DNA of 59,875 nucleotides, counting the filler, from Globobulimina sp. (Eukaryota), in assembly GCA_003354225.1 (NCBI GenBank). It is 14 parts of 14 records of this genome, joined end to end, with 100 filler letters (N's around TTAATTAATTAA, not from the genome) between each part and the next. Parts side by side here need not be neighbours in the genome. Positions count along the whole stretch, not along the records: positions 25,729 to 29,911 come from PIVH01001504.1; positions 30,012 to 34,194 come from PIVH01001505.1; positions 34,295 to 38,475 come from PIVH01001506.1; 11 more parts are not named here. One strand, written 5' to 3'. This document shows, one piece after another, positions 25,629 through 36,182 of this stretch. The notes beneath the pieces are model-generated. The model had not been told where the DNA came from. It searched no databases and saw only the letters and a list, made by a program, of their open reading frames with translations. A program made the position numbers and the translations under genes. Each line of letters opens with the position of its first letter. Positions within the stretch are counted from its first letter, which is position 1.

Positions 25629-26322
25629 NNNNNNNNNNNNNNNNNNNNNNNNNNNNNNNNNNNNNNNNNNNNTTAATTAATTAANNNNNNNNNNNNNNNN
25701 NNNNNNNNNNNNNNNNNNNNNNNNNNNNATATTATCCATTGTTTTAGGTATAAAAACGCAAAAATTACAGAAAACGGTGCATTACATATTTGATTGTGAT
25801 CTATGTCAGTATGTGATTGGATTTAATATATCTTTGTGTTACAGTTACTTTATATAACGCTCAATATGCAAATGCAACCAATGAGGAATTGAAGGGAGAG
25901 TTTGATGAGATGGATGCAGACGTCACCCACTTGTCAAACAAAAAAATATAACATTAAAAATAATTTTTTATGTGTGATTTTATGTGAAAGTGCAAGGATA
26001 TTTTATTGTGTGTTTTTTGTGGATGTCTTTTCTTTTTGGCATGATTTAAAAGGGATTTAAAAATTGGTGGACTTATTGAACTGATTGGAAATTTAGAAGC
26101 TGTTTGACACGTTTTTAAAAAAATCAGTACTTATCGGAGACCCCTATTGGACCAACTATATAATAAACAAAAAATTACAATGAAAAAATTCATAAAATAT
26201 TAACCTCCGCCTAATATGCCAATGATTGGGCGACGCGTAAGAGTGGAACTATAGCATTTATGTATGATATTCCGTCGAACAAATGAAGGTTTCACTTTCT
26301 TCAGAAATGAGTTCAGATACCG

Positions 26323-26422
26323 CTGCATGATTTGACTTGCGATGATTTGGCTAGCTCAAGATCCTGATGTTAAGGGAGAAAATAGTCCGGGACTTGAGGT
26401 TTGCAGTCGATCAAACATGCAG
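26323..26422 (+). ncRNA. ~100-nt imperfect hairpin, candidate structured RNA
   Basis: Nested pairs CTGCATG/CATGCAG, TTTGA/TCAAA, CTCAAG/CTTGAG, TCCTG/CGGGA. Confidence 0.35.
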
Positions 26423-26600
26423 AAAAATGAATATGCGTATGCTTTCAGATCAGATCACATTAACAACAATGCCATACAATCCTTTCCAATGCAATGTGGA
26501 ATATTTACATTTTGTCCCGTAATTAATTTTGATTTATATTTGAATACTTTAAATACAATACTGAGATTATTATGAAAAACAACAGCAAAACGCTAAGAAC

Positions 26601-26824
26601 GACTCAGTAGCTCAATAATAGAGCGTGTGTCTGCAGCTTCGGCTGTTCACCCACAATTCTCTTTGAAGAAACATTTCTAGTTTCAGAAACGTTAATTTAG
26701 ATTTGCACAACCTGCAAAACTAAATTTAATCCTTCATTATTCATCAATATGTAAATGTTTACAGCTAAATTAAATGTTGTGGATATAACTCACATAGATG
26801 CAGGTTTAAATCCTGCCTGAGTCA
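26601..26824 (+). tRNA. tRNA-like gene (GCA triplet at the anticodon position) with a 152-nt insert at position 37/38; non-canonical or pseudogene
   Basis: Acceptor GACTCAG/CTGAGTC, D stem GCTC/GAGC, anticodon stem TGTG/CACA, T arm GCAGG-TTTAAAT-CCTGC, and a T7 run at 26830-26836. Confidence 0.7.
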
Positions 26825-27196
26825 TTGGCTTTTTTTCAACAGCTCGACTATTTTCAAAGGAAAGAAACTACCTTGTTGATTTTTTTGAGTTAAGTAAAAA
26901 AACTAGTACTCTCAGTTTAATATTTATTAATTAGATATAATATTGTCTGAATGTATAATTTAATTAACAAGACATGTTTTACCAACAGCACCATCACCAA
27001 CCACTGTGCATTTTACATTTACTGTGTCGTTCATGATGAAAGTTTGAGTAGTTAGTAGTTTTTGAATTAAAAACTTTATAAAAAAACATGACGAACTCCT
27101 CGACACTGGTTTGAGTCGGAATTTCAAAGATTAATTCAATTTGAGAAAAGCAGTGTCATTAAAAAAAAGATTAATAATTAAACCAAAAGTCTAAAA

Positions 27197-28165
27197 ATGG
27201 TTTCTTCCGATGCCTCTTGGCACTTAAAAAAACGTGAATCGATTATAAAGAAGCACCCTGAAATTGTGAATTTACGCGGACCCTTTTATCCCAGTCTCTG
27301 TATCATTATTATTCTCGTCGGCATTCAATGGATTTTATGGATTTATATTCAAAATGTGCATTTCTTATACATTGGTTTCTTTGCGTGGATAAATGCCAAT
27401 ACATTTTATTATTCGCTGAGTTCGTTCATCCATGAAAATTCGCACGGACTTGTCCTCGGATGGAAGCACAGATTAATCACCGCTGTTTTCATCGAAATGG
27501 GTACTTTGCTGTTTGGCGAGTCTTGGGAATACACGCATGTCCATTACTTTATGCACCATCCACATCTCAACGATCAGTCCAAAGACTCTGAATGTCCCGG
27601 AATTGGCCATGTTGCCTTCCTGCCGCGATCCCCTTTGTTGAGAATAATCATCCCTTTGATCGAATTGCTTCCCCTCTGCTTTCTATTGACCATTAATCCG
27701 AGTAATAACAGCAACAAATCTTTCAAGAGAGCACCGCAACAAAATGTACTTCTCGCTGTCTCATTGGCAATGTTTGCCATTTTATTGTACTGTCAAATGT
27801 GGAAAAGTGTGTTATTTGCGATATGGAGCCTGTCATTCTTCAATGGCCGATGGTGCATCTCCTTGCATGGCCAATCCATTGCGGAACACTATTCGCGTCA
27901 TACTGGCAAAGACACATCACCGTCAAAGTCCACTTACAGATTATTCACAAATTTACTTGGCTTCAATACTGGATATCACGATGAACATCACACGTTTCCC
28001 AATGTAGCTTGGTTTTATTTGCCGCGGATTCGTGAAATGTGTCCGGATGAATTTCAAAATGAAAATCCTTATTCTTACTTGGAATTATGGTTGAAATGGG
28101 TCTGGAACTGGTTCGACACAGAATGTTTTAGATTATGTGACACTGACTCAAAAGTAGTTAAATGA
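27197..28165 (+). CDS. Sphingolipid delta(4)-desaturase (DES1/DEGS-like)
   Basis: N-terminal H..KR..I.KKHPEI..L.GP and His boxes HENSH, HYFMHH, FNTGYHDEHHTFP. Confidence 0.9.
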   Translation: MVSSDASWHLKKRESIIKKHPEIVNLRGPFYPSLCIIIILVGIQWILWIYIQNVHFLYIGFFAWINANTFYYSLSSFIHENSHGLVLGWKHRLITAVFIEMGTLLFGESWEYTHVHYFMHHPHLNDQSKDSECPGIGHVAFLPRSPLLRIIIPLIELLPLCFLLTINPSNNSNKSFKRAPQQNVLLAVSLAMFAILLYCQMWKSVLFAIWSLSFFNGRWCISLHGQSIAEHYSRHTGKDTSPSKSTYRLFTNLLGFNTGYHDEHHTFPNVAWFYLPRIREMCPDEFQNENPYSYLELWLKWVWNWFDTECFRLCDTDSKVVK

Positions 28166-28220
28166 CAACAAAAACTTTTAAGCAACCAAAATTAAAATAT
28201 TTAATTTAAATAAGCAATTT

Positions 28221-29180
28221 TTATATCGATGTGATTAGATTCACCGCAGTTTGCGAGACCGGAGGCAATAATATTGCTAAGATTGCGTGAGCCATTAACT
28301 GTTCCAATAGATTCCTTTTCAAACATATTGGCACTCTCTGAAACGTCTCGTTTTTACGATTTGTTATCATTTCTTTCGCAAACACATTATCTATGTGTTT
28401 ATCACAATGATCCTTTGTTATTTGGCAATGTTTTCCATCGAAATCAATAGAACTCGATTTGCACGAAACTAATGAATCCCAGCCAGAATTATAAAAAATA
28501 AACACTTTGTCAAATAATTTAAATACATAATCATTTGCATTCATTATATCAATAATTTTATTGTCATCGATATTTAATAATTCCAAAGCAGTTAAAGATG
28601 GCAGATATTTGTATAATAAATGCTGCGATGGGAAATATTTGAATATCCAGTCTGAAATTCCAAAGTGCGGAGCAGCCAAAGTCATCAATACTTTTGGTTC
28701 AATTATTTTGAAAAAAGCAGTGTCATTAATATTGTATGATGGATTTATATGTAATAAATGCGAGGTGTATCGAATGTAATTACCGCCAATACTCGAACCA
28801 ATCAATGATATTTTATTTATGCATTTATTTTTTTGAATGATGCCATATATTTCATTGGCTAAGTTGGTCGATGCATGCACTATTCCTGCATTTGTATGAT
28901 ATAGAAATGAAAATAAATGTGGCGAACTGTTGGAACTGGCAATGTAAATCAAATATTCATCTTCGTTGTCATGATTATCTGATAAGTGATGTTTTAAAAA
29001 GTGGTATGTGGGATAATTAACAATTGATGGATAGTTTAGGCCGTGTTGGATAACTATCAAATGATTTGGGTTTGAACTCGTTGAATGATAAAATTGAAGT
29101 TGCGTTAAATATTGTAAAATAATTGTGATCAATGCCAATGATAAAAAGACAGCAACTGGAAGTGTCGAGAAGTTCGTCAT
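28221..29180 (-). CDS. DUF676 lipase-like alpha/beta hydrolase with N-terminal signal anchor
   Basis: HLIVIQHGL, KISLIGSSIGG..RY, TLAAPHFG, DSLV. Confidence 0.8.
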   Translation of the reverse strand: MTNFSTLPVAVFLSLALITIILQYLTQLQFYHSTSSNPNHLIVIQHGLNYPSIVNYPTYHFLKHHLSDNHDNEDEYLIYIASSNSSPHLFSFLYHTNAGIVHASTNLANEIYGIIQKNKCINKISLIGSSIGGNYIRYTSHLLHINPSYNINDTAFFKIIEPKVLMTLAAPHFGISDWIFKYFPSQHLLYKYLPSLTALELLNIDDNKIIDIMNANDYVFKLFDKVFIFYNSGWDSLVSCKSSSIDFDGKHCQITKDHCDKHIDNVFAKEMITNRKNETFQRVPICLKRNLLEQLMAHAILAILLPPVSQTAVNLITSI

Positions 29181-29223
29181 GATTTTTGATAAAGTAAAAC
29201 TACTAACTACTCAAACTTTCATC

Positions 29224-29577
29224 ATGAATGACACAGTAAAATGTCTTCAAAACTTTAAGAAATCAATTTCCCCTCCACCCACTAAACTAACCATCCCCTC
29301 GTCATTTTTCAACGAGTGCAAAACGATATGTATCAACCGTGTATGTACCTCTCAATGGCTGATGATAAGCGGATGCAGCGTTCTCATGTATTATGCTGCA
29401 CATAAGATTATGGATCGGTGTTGCTGAAGTTTAGACGTTGGTGAGTTATTAAACAAATACTCGTTTATTATCAAATTATTTTTACGAGTGGTGAATGGAA
29501 ATAGTTTTAGGTGGAGCTGGGGAATTGATCATGGCGCAATATCGCAGCCTTATAATTATTTTGAACGATACAATTAA
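29224..29577 (+). CDS. Small hypothetical spliced protein
   Basis: ATG at 29224. Two GT-AG introns can give ...YGSVLLKFRRWWSWGIDHGAISQPYNYFERYN*. Confidence 0.35.
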
Positions 29578-30049
29578 GCTATGCAAGCTTCAAAGAATGA
29601 TAAAATAAATTATTTTAAAATATGTTTATAAAATGTGATGAATAAGCAATTAAGTCTTTTTATTCAATTTAATTACAATATATACGCATAAACGCATTGA
29701 TAAATTATCGTAATTTGGGAATGCGTGATATTAATTGTATTCAAATTCAATCAAATTTCAAATCAATGTCAAACAAATTATCATTAATTAATAAATCAAG
29801 TTCAAACAAATCCAATCAATTTCAAATCAAACTCAATCAAGTTTTGGACATTGCACCGGACAGAGAGAGTTCCAAACTGTAAAGGGAGAAACAATCAAAG
29901 TGCTTATTGACNNNNNNNNNNNNNNNNNNNNNNNNNNNNNNNNNNNNNNNNNNNNTTAATTAATTAANNNNNNNNNNNNNNNNNNNNNNNNNNNNNNNNN
30001 NNNNNNNNNNNTGAGTTTGGCAATTAACTGCAATGAATGATATAAACCT

Positions 30050-30892
30050 TTACATGTTGACAAACACAGAAGTAATGGTATAAATTGCAAGTAAAGCAAT
30101 AATGAGCCAAATGGGAATCTTTTCCACATACTTTACTATACATTGAACATAACCAATACCAACGCAAAATATAACAACTACACAACTTCCAATAAATACA
30201 CCAACCAACAATTCGTACCACACAAATGTTTCGCCCAATAATAATGCACATTGCACTGCAAAATCATCTAAACTGCCTAAAATAGATACAATTATTAACC
30301 GTGAAACAGTCACTTTATTGCCAGTTTTAACATCATTTTCAATCTCATCTTCTGGAACTTTTACGGATTCATATTCCATTTCCTTTTTTGCTTCTGTTAA
30401 TATCACTAATTCGCGATCGTCCAAAGCTGCATTTGCTGATATTGAGGCATCCAAATCATCAGTTGCTTTTGAGTCTGTTTTTTTTGCTTTTTGGTCAGCT
30501 TTCTCTTTGAACCAATCATAAAATAAATAAATGGAATATAAAAATAATATTATTCCTGAGGCTAATTAAATGTCAAAAAATAAAAGCAATATACACATTC
30601 AAAATCAGTCCTATATAATACCTAAAGCTAATATACGTTCTGCAGTCCAAAATGCTGTATTATCAGCCAATATAAATGTAACTAATTTTTTGCCGCCGAA
30701 ACTGATTGCAATCGCAGTTGATGTGACGAAACACATAACGGAAATATACAGTGATGCCATATACAACTGCGTCTTGACAGCTTTATTTGTTGGGGATACA
30801 AAGGGAAGCAACCAAACTATATCATCCACTGATGATGATAATTTGGTAACAATTGCAGCAAGGATGAGAGCAAAAGTTGGCACCAACGACAT
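30050..30892 (-). CDS. LysE/CadD-like membrane transporter (one intron, 30562-30621)
   Basis: Internally repeated SSVDDIVWLLPF / GSLDDFAV motifs in two TM halves. Splicing gives LAL|ASGIILFLYS. Confidence 0.65.
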
Positions 30893-30937
30893 GGTCAAAA
30901 TAGTTGTCTTAGACTGCCTTTTTTTTTATTTCAGAAA

Positions 30938-32095
30938 ATGTGGAAAAAAGCGTCAAAGTTCCCTTTCATCAGTCTTCAATTGCAAGCCAAAAGATTATTT
31001 TGTAATAATAACGCAAAGAATTTGGGCTTATGCGCAGTAATCGGTGGGAATGGATTCTTAGGTTCAAACATTGTAAATCAATTAAACCAGAAAGGTTATA
31101 AAATCCGGGTGCTAGATATTCAAAACAATTTAAATGCAAAAATTTTGGATGATATCACAAATATACAATATGCCAAATGTGACATCACAAATATAAATGA
31201 CATTGCAAACTCATTAAATGGAATACAAACTATATTTCATTGTGCCTCAGTTATTGATATTCGTTATTCCCCATCGCCGCTATTGTACCAAGTCAACGTA
31301 GATGGGACTCAAAATATTCTTGACTTTTGTAATAAGACTGTTTCTGATGTTACAAATATAATTTATACGTCAACCTTTGAGGTGTTAAATGTGGACGGAG
31401 AGGCTTTTAAAAACATAAAAGAAGATGAAAATGACGTGTATGGTAAAAAGTATTTTAATGTATATGGGCAAACAAAATCTATGGCGGAACAAATGGTGGT
31501 TGAAAATGTGAAAAGAAATACTAAGTTGAAAACCTGTGCAATACGGTTAGGTGCAATATATGGCGCTGAGAGTCCAATAATATTTCGGATGCTCTGTCGT
31601 TTAGATAAAAATGGACCGTCGGCAATGAAAAATCAATGTGTAATGTCGAGTTGTTATGTTGAGAATGCTGCGTTTGCTCATATTCAATTGGCGGAAACAT
31701 TGATAAATGAGCATGAAAATGCAAATATTGATGTAAATGGACAGGTTTTCCATTATAAAGATTGCGATGTTGACTATACAAAATTTTTACTTTGTGAGGT
31801 ATTTGGATATAAAGAGAATGAACTCAAATATATTCCAAATTTAATTGGTCTTTTTGTTGCATATATTGTTGAGTTTACAGATTATTTTTATTATAAAATA
31901 TTCAACAAATCAATCAGTGATCCAACAAGCGGTCTAAGTATATTGGGCGTAAAAATGTGTATAGCAGAACATACAATAAATACTGATAAATTTAATAAGT
32001 TAATCGGATATAAGCCGCCTATTTCAATGCAAGAAGCCGCAACCAAAACAAAGACGTGGATAGATGTAATCAAAGAAAATCAAAGTCAAAAATAA
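30938..32095 (+). CDS. 3-beta-hydroxysteroid dehydrogenase / NSDHL-like extended SDR
   Basis: VIGGNGFLG, FHCAS, VNVDGTQN, YTST, YGQTKSMAE, YVENAAFAH. Confidence 0.88.
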   Translation: MWKKASKFPFISLQLQAKRLFCNNNAKNLGLCAVIGGNGFLGSNIVNQLNQKGYKIRVLDIQNNLNAKILDDITNIQYAKCDITNINDIANSLNGIQTIFHCASVIDIRYSPSPLLYQVNVDGTQNILDFCNKTVSDVTNIIYTSTFEVLNVDGEAFKNIKEDENDVYGKKYFNVYGQTKSMAEQMVVENVKRNTKLKTCAIRLGAIYGAESPIIFRMLCRLDKNGPSAMKNQCVMSSCYVENAAFAHIQLAETLINEHENANIDVNGQVFHYKDCDVDYTKFLLCEVFGYKENELKYIPNLIGLFVAYIVEFTDYFYYKIFNKSISDPTSGLSILGVKMCIAEHTINTDKFNKLIGYKPPISMQEAATKTKTWIDVIKENQSQK

Positions 32096-32364
32096 ATCAA
32101 ACGACACTTACGAAAGGGAATGGATACTTTTTATTTGATTTATTCTTTTATGACTGTTGTATTTAATGACTCTAACATTGAATAGAAGTAACATGTTCGT
32201 TTTTTTTGTCTCCGTATTCCGTAAACTCGCAAACCTTTTTGTTTGCTGATAATTCCGAAAACTTAGTATATATAATGAAAACTGACTGTACATAATGGCG
32301 ATCTTATCCAAACTGACATAACCCGATCATCAACACAACACACACTATATATACATCAAACACA

Positions 32365-34194
32365 ATGAGCAAACGACATTCTCGCTTAATAGAATACTTC
32401 ATAACCGTAGGTATTGAATTCGAATCCGTAGCACCCATCAACGACGACACCATCTCCAACCCGATTCGCGAATTACGCGTCATCTCTGAAAAACAACTGA
32501 TACCCGATGGCTACGAATGCATCAAAACCACCGTCACCGGCAAAGACGCCTCGTTAACCAAAAAATCCATAATGACGAAAAACAACAAACACTATCTCTG
32601 CTACACCCGCTCAATCACCGACACCTTATTCACCCGCATACAATACATCAAAGCCAAACGCATCTCCTCCAAAGGTACCGTAAAATAAAATTATTCGCAA
32701 AATCGCACGTACCAAAAATAACAACAGACACAGAATGGGACCGTGTACCCGGCAAAATAATGTCAGGCAAGACTGAATACTGCCTCTGTACCAAAAACGA
32801 CCGCTCCATCCCACCCATTGCCGACATCTGCATCATCACCGTCGACGGCAAGGAGTCCTGCCCCGACGGCTACGTCAAGCTCCCTGCCACCATCAACGGC
32901 CTCGCCATCTGCTTCCGCCATCTCCCTATGGACGCCTTGGGCCTCCGCTATCAAACCTGCATTCTCGACCGGTACCCACGCAAAGACTACGCCAACAGTC
33001 CTCTGTCAAACACGGTCGCCGTGTTTTGCCAACCTAACGGCGCTGATATACGCGACGAAGCGTCCATGCCCACATTTTTGTCCTTTGTGCTGACCGACAG
33101 TGAAGGCAAGAAGATGTACGCCATCACAGTCACTTTCTACGACAAATTAGATGCCGGGGATGAGCAAGCTTGCATCCGTTCATTGCAACAGATCTACACC
33201 GAGGGCTTCAAACCCATTTGGCCGGTGATGCATGGCGGGAAGTCACTGTATCACAGTAAATCTGTGTGCATTTTATCCTATTATCCCTTTTTTTTGTCGT
33301 TTCGTGAGGTCTTGAAAGAGATTTATCGTTTGGCCAACTCGCCGGGTCGCATTCCTATCGAGCGGTACATCATCAATTTGTGTGAGGAGACGCCGTTGCC
33401 AGTGCCGAGCAAGCGTACTATACAACTTTTGTACGCGCACAAACCGATTACATTCCGTATACCCAATGACGACGAGTTGCCGTTGTTAGATAGCAATATC
33501 AAAAAGATATTTTGTTGCTTGTCGTTGAATAACACGCTGTTGTTATTTAAGGTGTTACTTACGCAGAATTACAAGATATTGTTCACCAGTTCGCATATTT
33601 CGTTAATAACGGAGATCTGCGAGACTTTGACGTCCTTTTTACAGCCGTTTGAGTGGCAATTCACGTACGTCCCGGTGTTGCCGTACAGTGTGTTTGGTAT
33701 ATTAGACGCACCGGTTCCGGTGTTGGTGGGTATGCATTCGAGTAGGATCAAGCCAGACTATTATAGCGACCCTGAGAAGGAGATCATTATCGTGGATTTG
33801 GACAACAATCATGTACATATTCCGCATCATGTGCAGAGTGAATTGATTGATATACCGAGTCACGTGCACAAAGTGCTGAAATCTGATCTGAAACAGTATG
33901 CGAAAGCGAATAAAGTGGCGTTGTTTGATAAGAACACCATCCAGTTTGCGGACAGTGCGTTCACAGTGCAGCTGATGATGGACGACGACGGCTTGCATAT
34001 GAACGGAGTGGACGACACATTCAATCCCATGGCGTGTCGTGCGGCGTTCTATAGGTTCTGGATTAAATTATTGGGCCCCAATTATCAGCAATATCTGCCG
34101 TGCTATGCACAACAGCACTAGGATGAATGCTTTTTTCAAGTTCTTCTTTGGCGCAAAGAAATTGTGCTATTTTTGCATAGGCCAAATAAGGCTT
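32365..34194 (+). CDS. MABP + DENN domain protein (DENND4-like Rab GEF), intron 32675-32727, 3' partial
   Basis: IPDGYECI..T.TG.DASL, LDRYPRKDY, FCQPNG, FVLTD..G..Y, KSVCILS.YPF, PFEWQFTYVPVLP, DAPVPVLVG, VDLD. Confidence 0.9.
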
Positions 34195-34294
34195 NNNNNN
34201 NNNNNNNNNNNNNNNNNNNNNNNNNNNNNNNNNNNNNNTTAATTAATTAANNNNNNNNNNNNNNNNNNNNNNNNNNNNNNNNNNNNNNNNNNNN

Positions 34295-35600
34295 AATCAA
34301 ATCCATTAAGGAGTTATATGTATATCAAAAACCTTTAGGTGTTGGTGCATCAGGAAATGTTACATTGGTTCAAAGTAAATATAGCAACAGCTCTCCCCAA
34401 TATGCCTTAAAACAGATGAAAAAATATGACCCAGACAACCTTACATCATTTCGAAATGAAATAAAGGTATTACAACAATTAAAGCATCCAAATATTGTGA
34501 ATTTTAACTGTGCATATATTTCAAACGAAGATTATTTTATAACTACATCCTATTGCTGTGGTGGTACATTATTAGAACGCATTATTGAAATGAAGCGTTT
34601 CTCTGAAAGAGACTGTGCTGGTTTTATCAAAACAATATTACAAACATTACAGTATATTCATGCAAACAATATTGCCCATCGAGATATAAAATGTGCAAAT
34701 ATTGTATTTGATAGTAAAGACCTTAAAAATTCGAAATTAAAATTAATTGATTTTGGACAATCAGAGATCATCACCAATTATGACTCCATCGACCCACACA
34801 TTGCTGGTACGATATATTATTTACCGCCAGAAACCGTGCGTAGCCGCAAGAAAAGTGAATTATTTGCAGGCGATATATGGTCGGTGGGTGTCATATGTTA
34901 CATATTATTGAATGGTGTCCCTCCATTTTATGGAAAAAGTGTGCAAGACGTCATGAAATGTGTTCATTCCGGATTGAAATGGCAAAATAATATAAAATTA
35001 AGTGATTCCTGCAAAGATTTTATAGAATCATTGTTATGTAAAGATACCAAAAAAAGATTAAATGCGGAACAGGCATTATCACATAAATGGATAAATAAAA
35101 CAATTCTGAGTGATGATGATTTAGGCGACGAATATTATTATAAATTAAACAAATTGCAATTTGAGAGTAAATTGCAACAGATTATGATCAATGCAGTTTT
35201 ATGTCGAATGAATGAAACAGAAAAAAAAATATTGTTCAAAAATCGTTCTTGCAAAAATCGTTCATATAATGAAACTCAGTTGGTTCGTGATATTATATTA
35301 TCGCATAAAAAAAAAGTTAAAAGTGACTATAGTTTGAGTGAAATGGATATTGATAATATTTTAAATGAAATTGATATGGATAAAAAAAATAAAAAAAAAA
35401 TGTTTGTACCAAAATTGAAAGCGTTGCCTGAAAATAAGCGAGTGGATGGAATCAGTATTGGCAGATTTGTGGATATATTGGAATCTTCACCAAAACCATA
35501 TGATATTTCGGACATTGTTGCAAATGTAACAGATAATGGCTGTGATACTGTTTCATTTCTAAAAATATCGTCTTATCACGTACCAATTAATTCCCTTTGA
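34295..35600 (+). CDS. CAMK/CDPK-like Ser/Thr kinase (5' partial)
   Basis: LGVGASG, ALK, HRDIKCAN, DFG, PPE, DIWSVGVI, ALSHKW. Confidence 0.92.
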
Positions 35601-36182
35601 ACTATTACGGATTTCGAATTGATTTACCCTTTTTAAAATATGATGAAATGTTAAAATGTTAAAATGTATGGAAATCATGAAAAACTGTCAAAATTAAATA
35701 TTTATGGGATATAAGCAATATCCATAAAAGTATTAAGTATTTATTTTTGTTTTTTTGGCTCCGACGATTTTTCATGTATTTCTATTGTCAAATATCATGT
35801 ATTTCTATTTATATATTATATTATTTATATATTGAAAAAAATGTACAACTTATCGCCATGAGGTGGGTTATCTAATGGGATATATCCACTGCAGCAACAA
35901 CTATTGAGCTAATTTTCATTGTGGTGATCGGACTTCAACTTTTGGAGTTGTTCGCTCGCCACAATAAATTAGCGCAAAAAAATAGTTGTGACTGCAGTGG
36001 TTTAGTTCAAATAAATATTTTTTTGCGGAATAAATCCGTCAATTTTATATCAAAGGCCTGCATTCTAATTTCCAGACCTCCTTGCGACATAAAAAAACTT
36101 CTTCAAAGGGAAAACCCAAAGAGTGCGGATAACATTATACGTTTGAGATACGCAAAAGAAATCAAACAAATTCAGAGACCAA

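Noticed and set aside
26601-26824. tmRNA
   Set aside because: It has a true D stem, lacks the G3-U70 alanine identity pair, and the insert is too short with no evident tag ORF.
29410-29445. CC-TGA as a possible selenocysteine codon
   Set aside because: GT-AG splicing puts this segment in another frame (YGSVLLKFRRW) without a stop, and no SECIS was recognised.
32517-32727. Overlapping ORFs suggesting a programmed frameshift in the DENN gene
   Set aside because: Explained by a 53-nt GT-AG intron (32675-32727).
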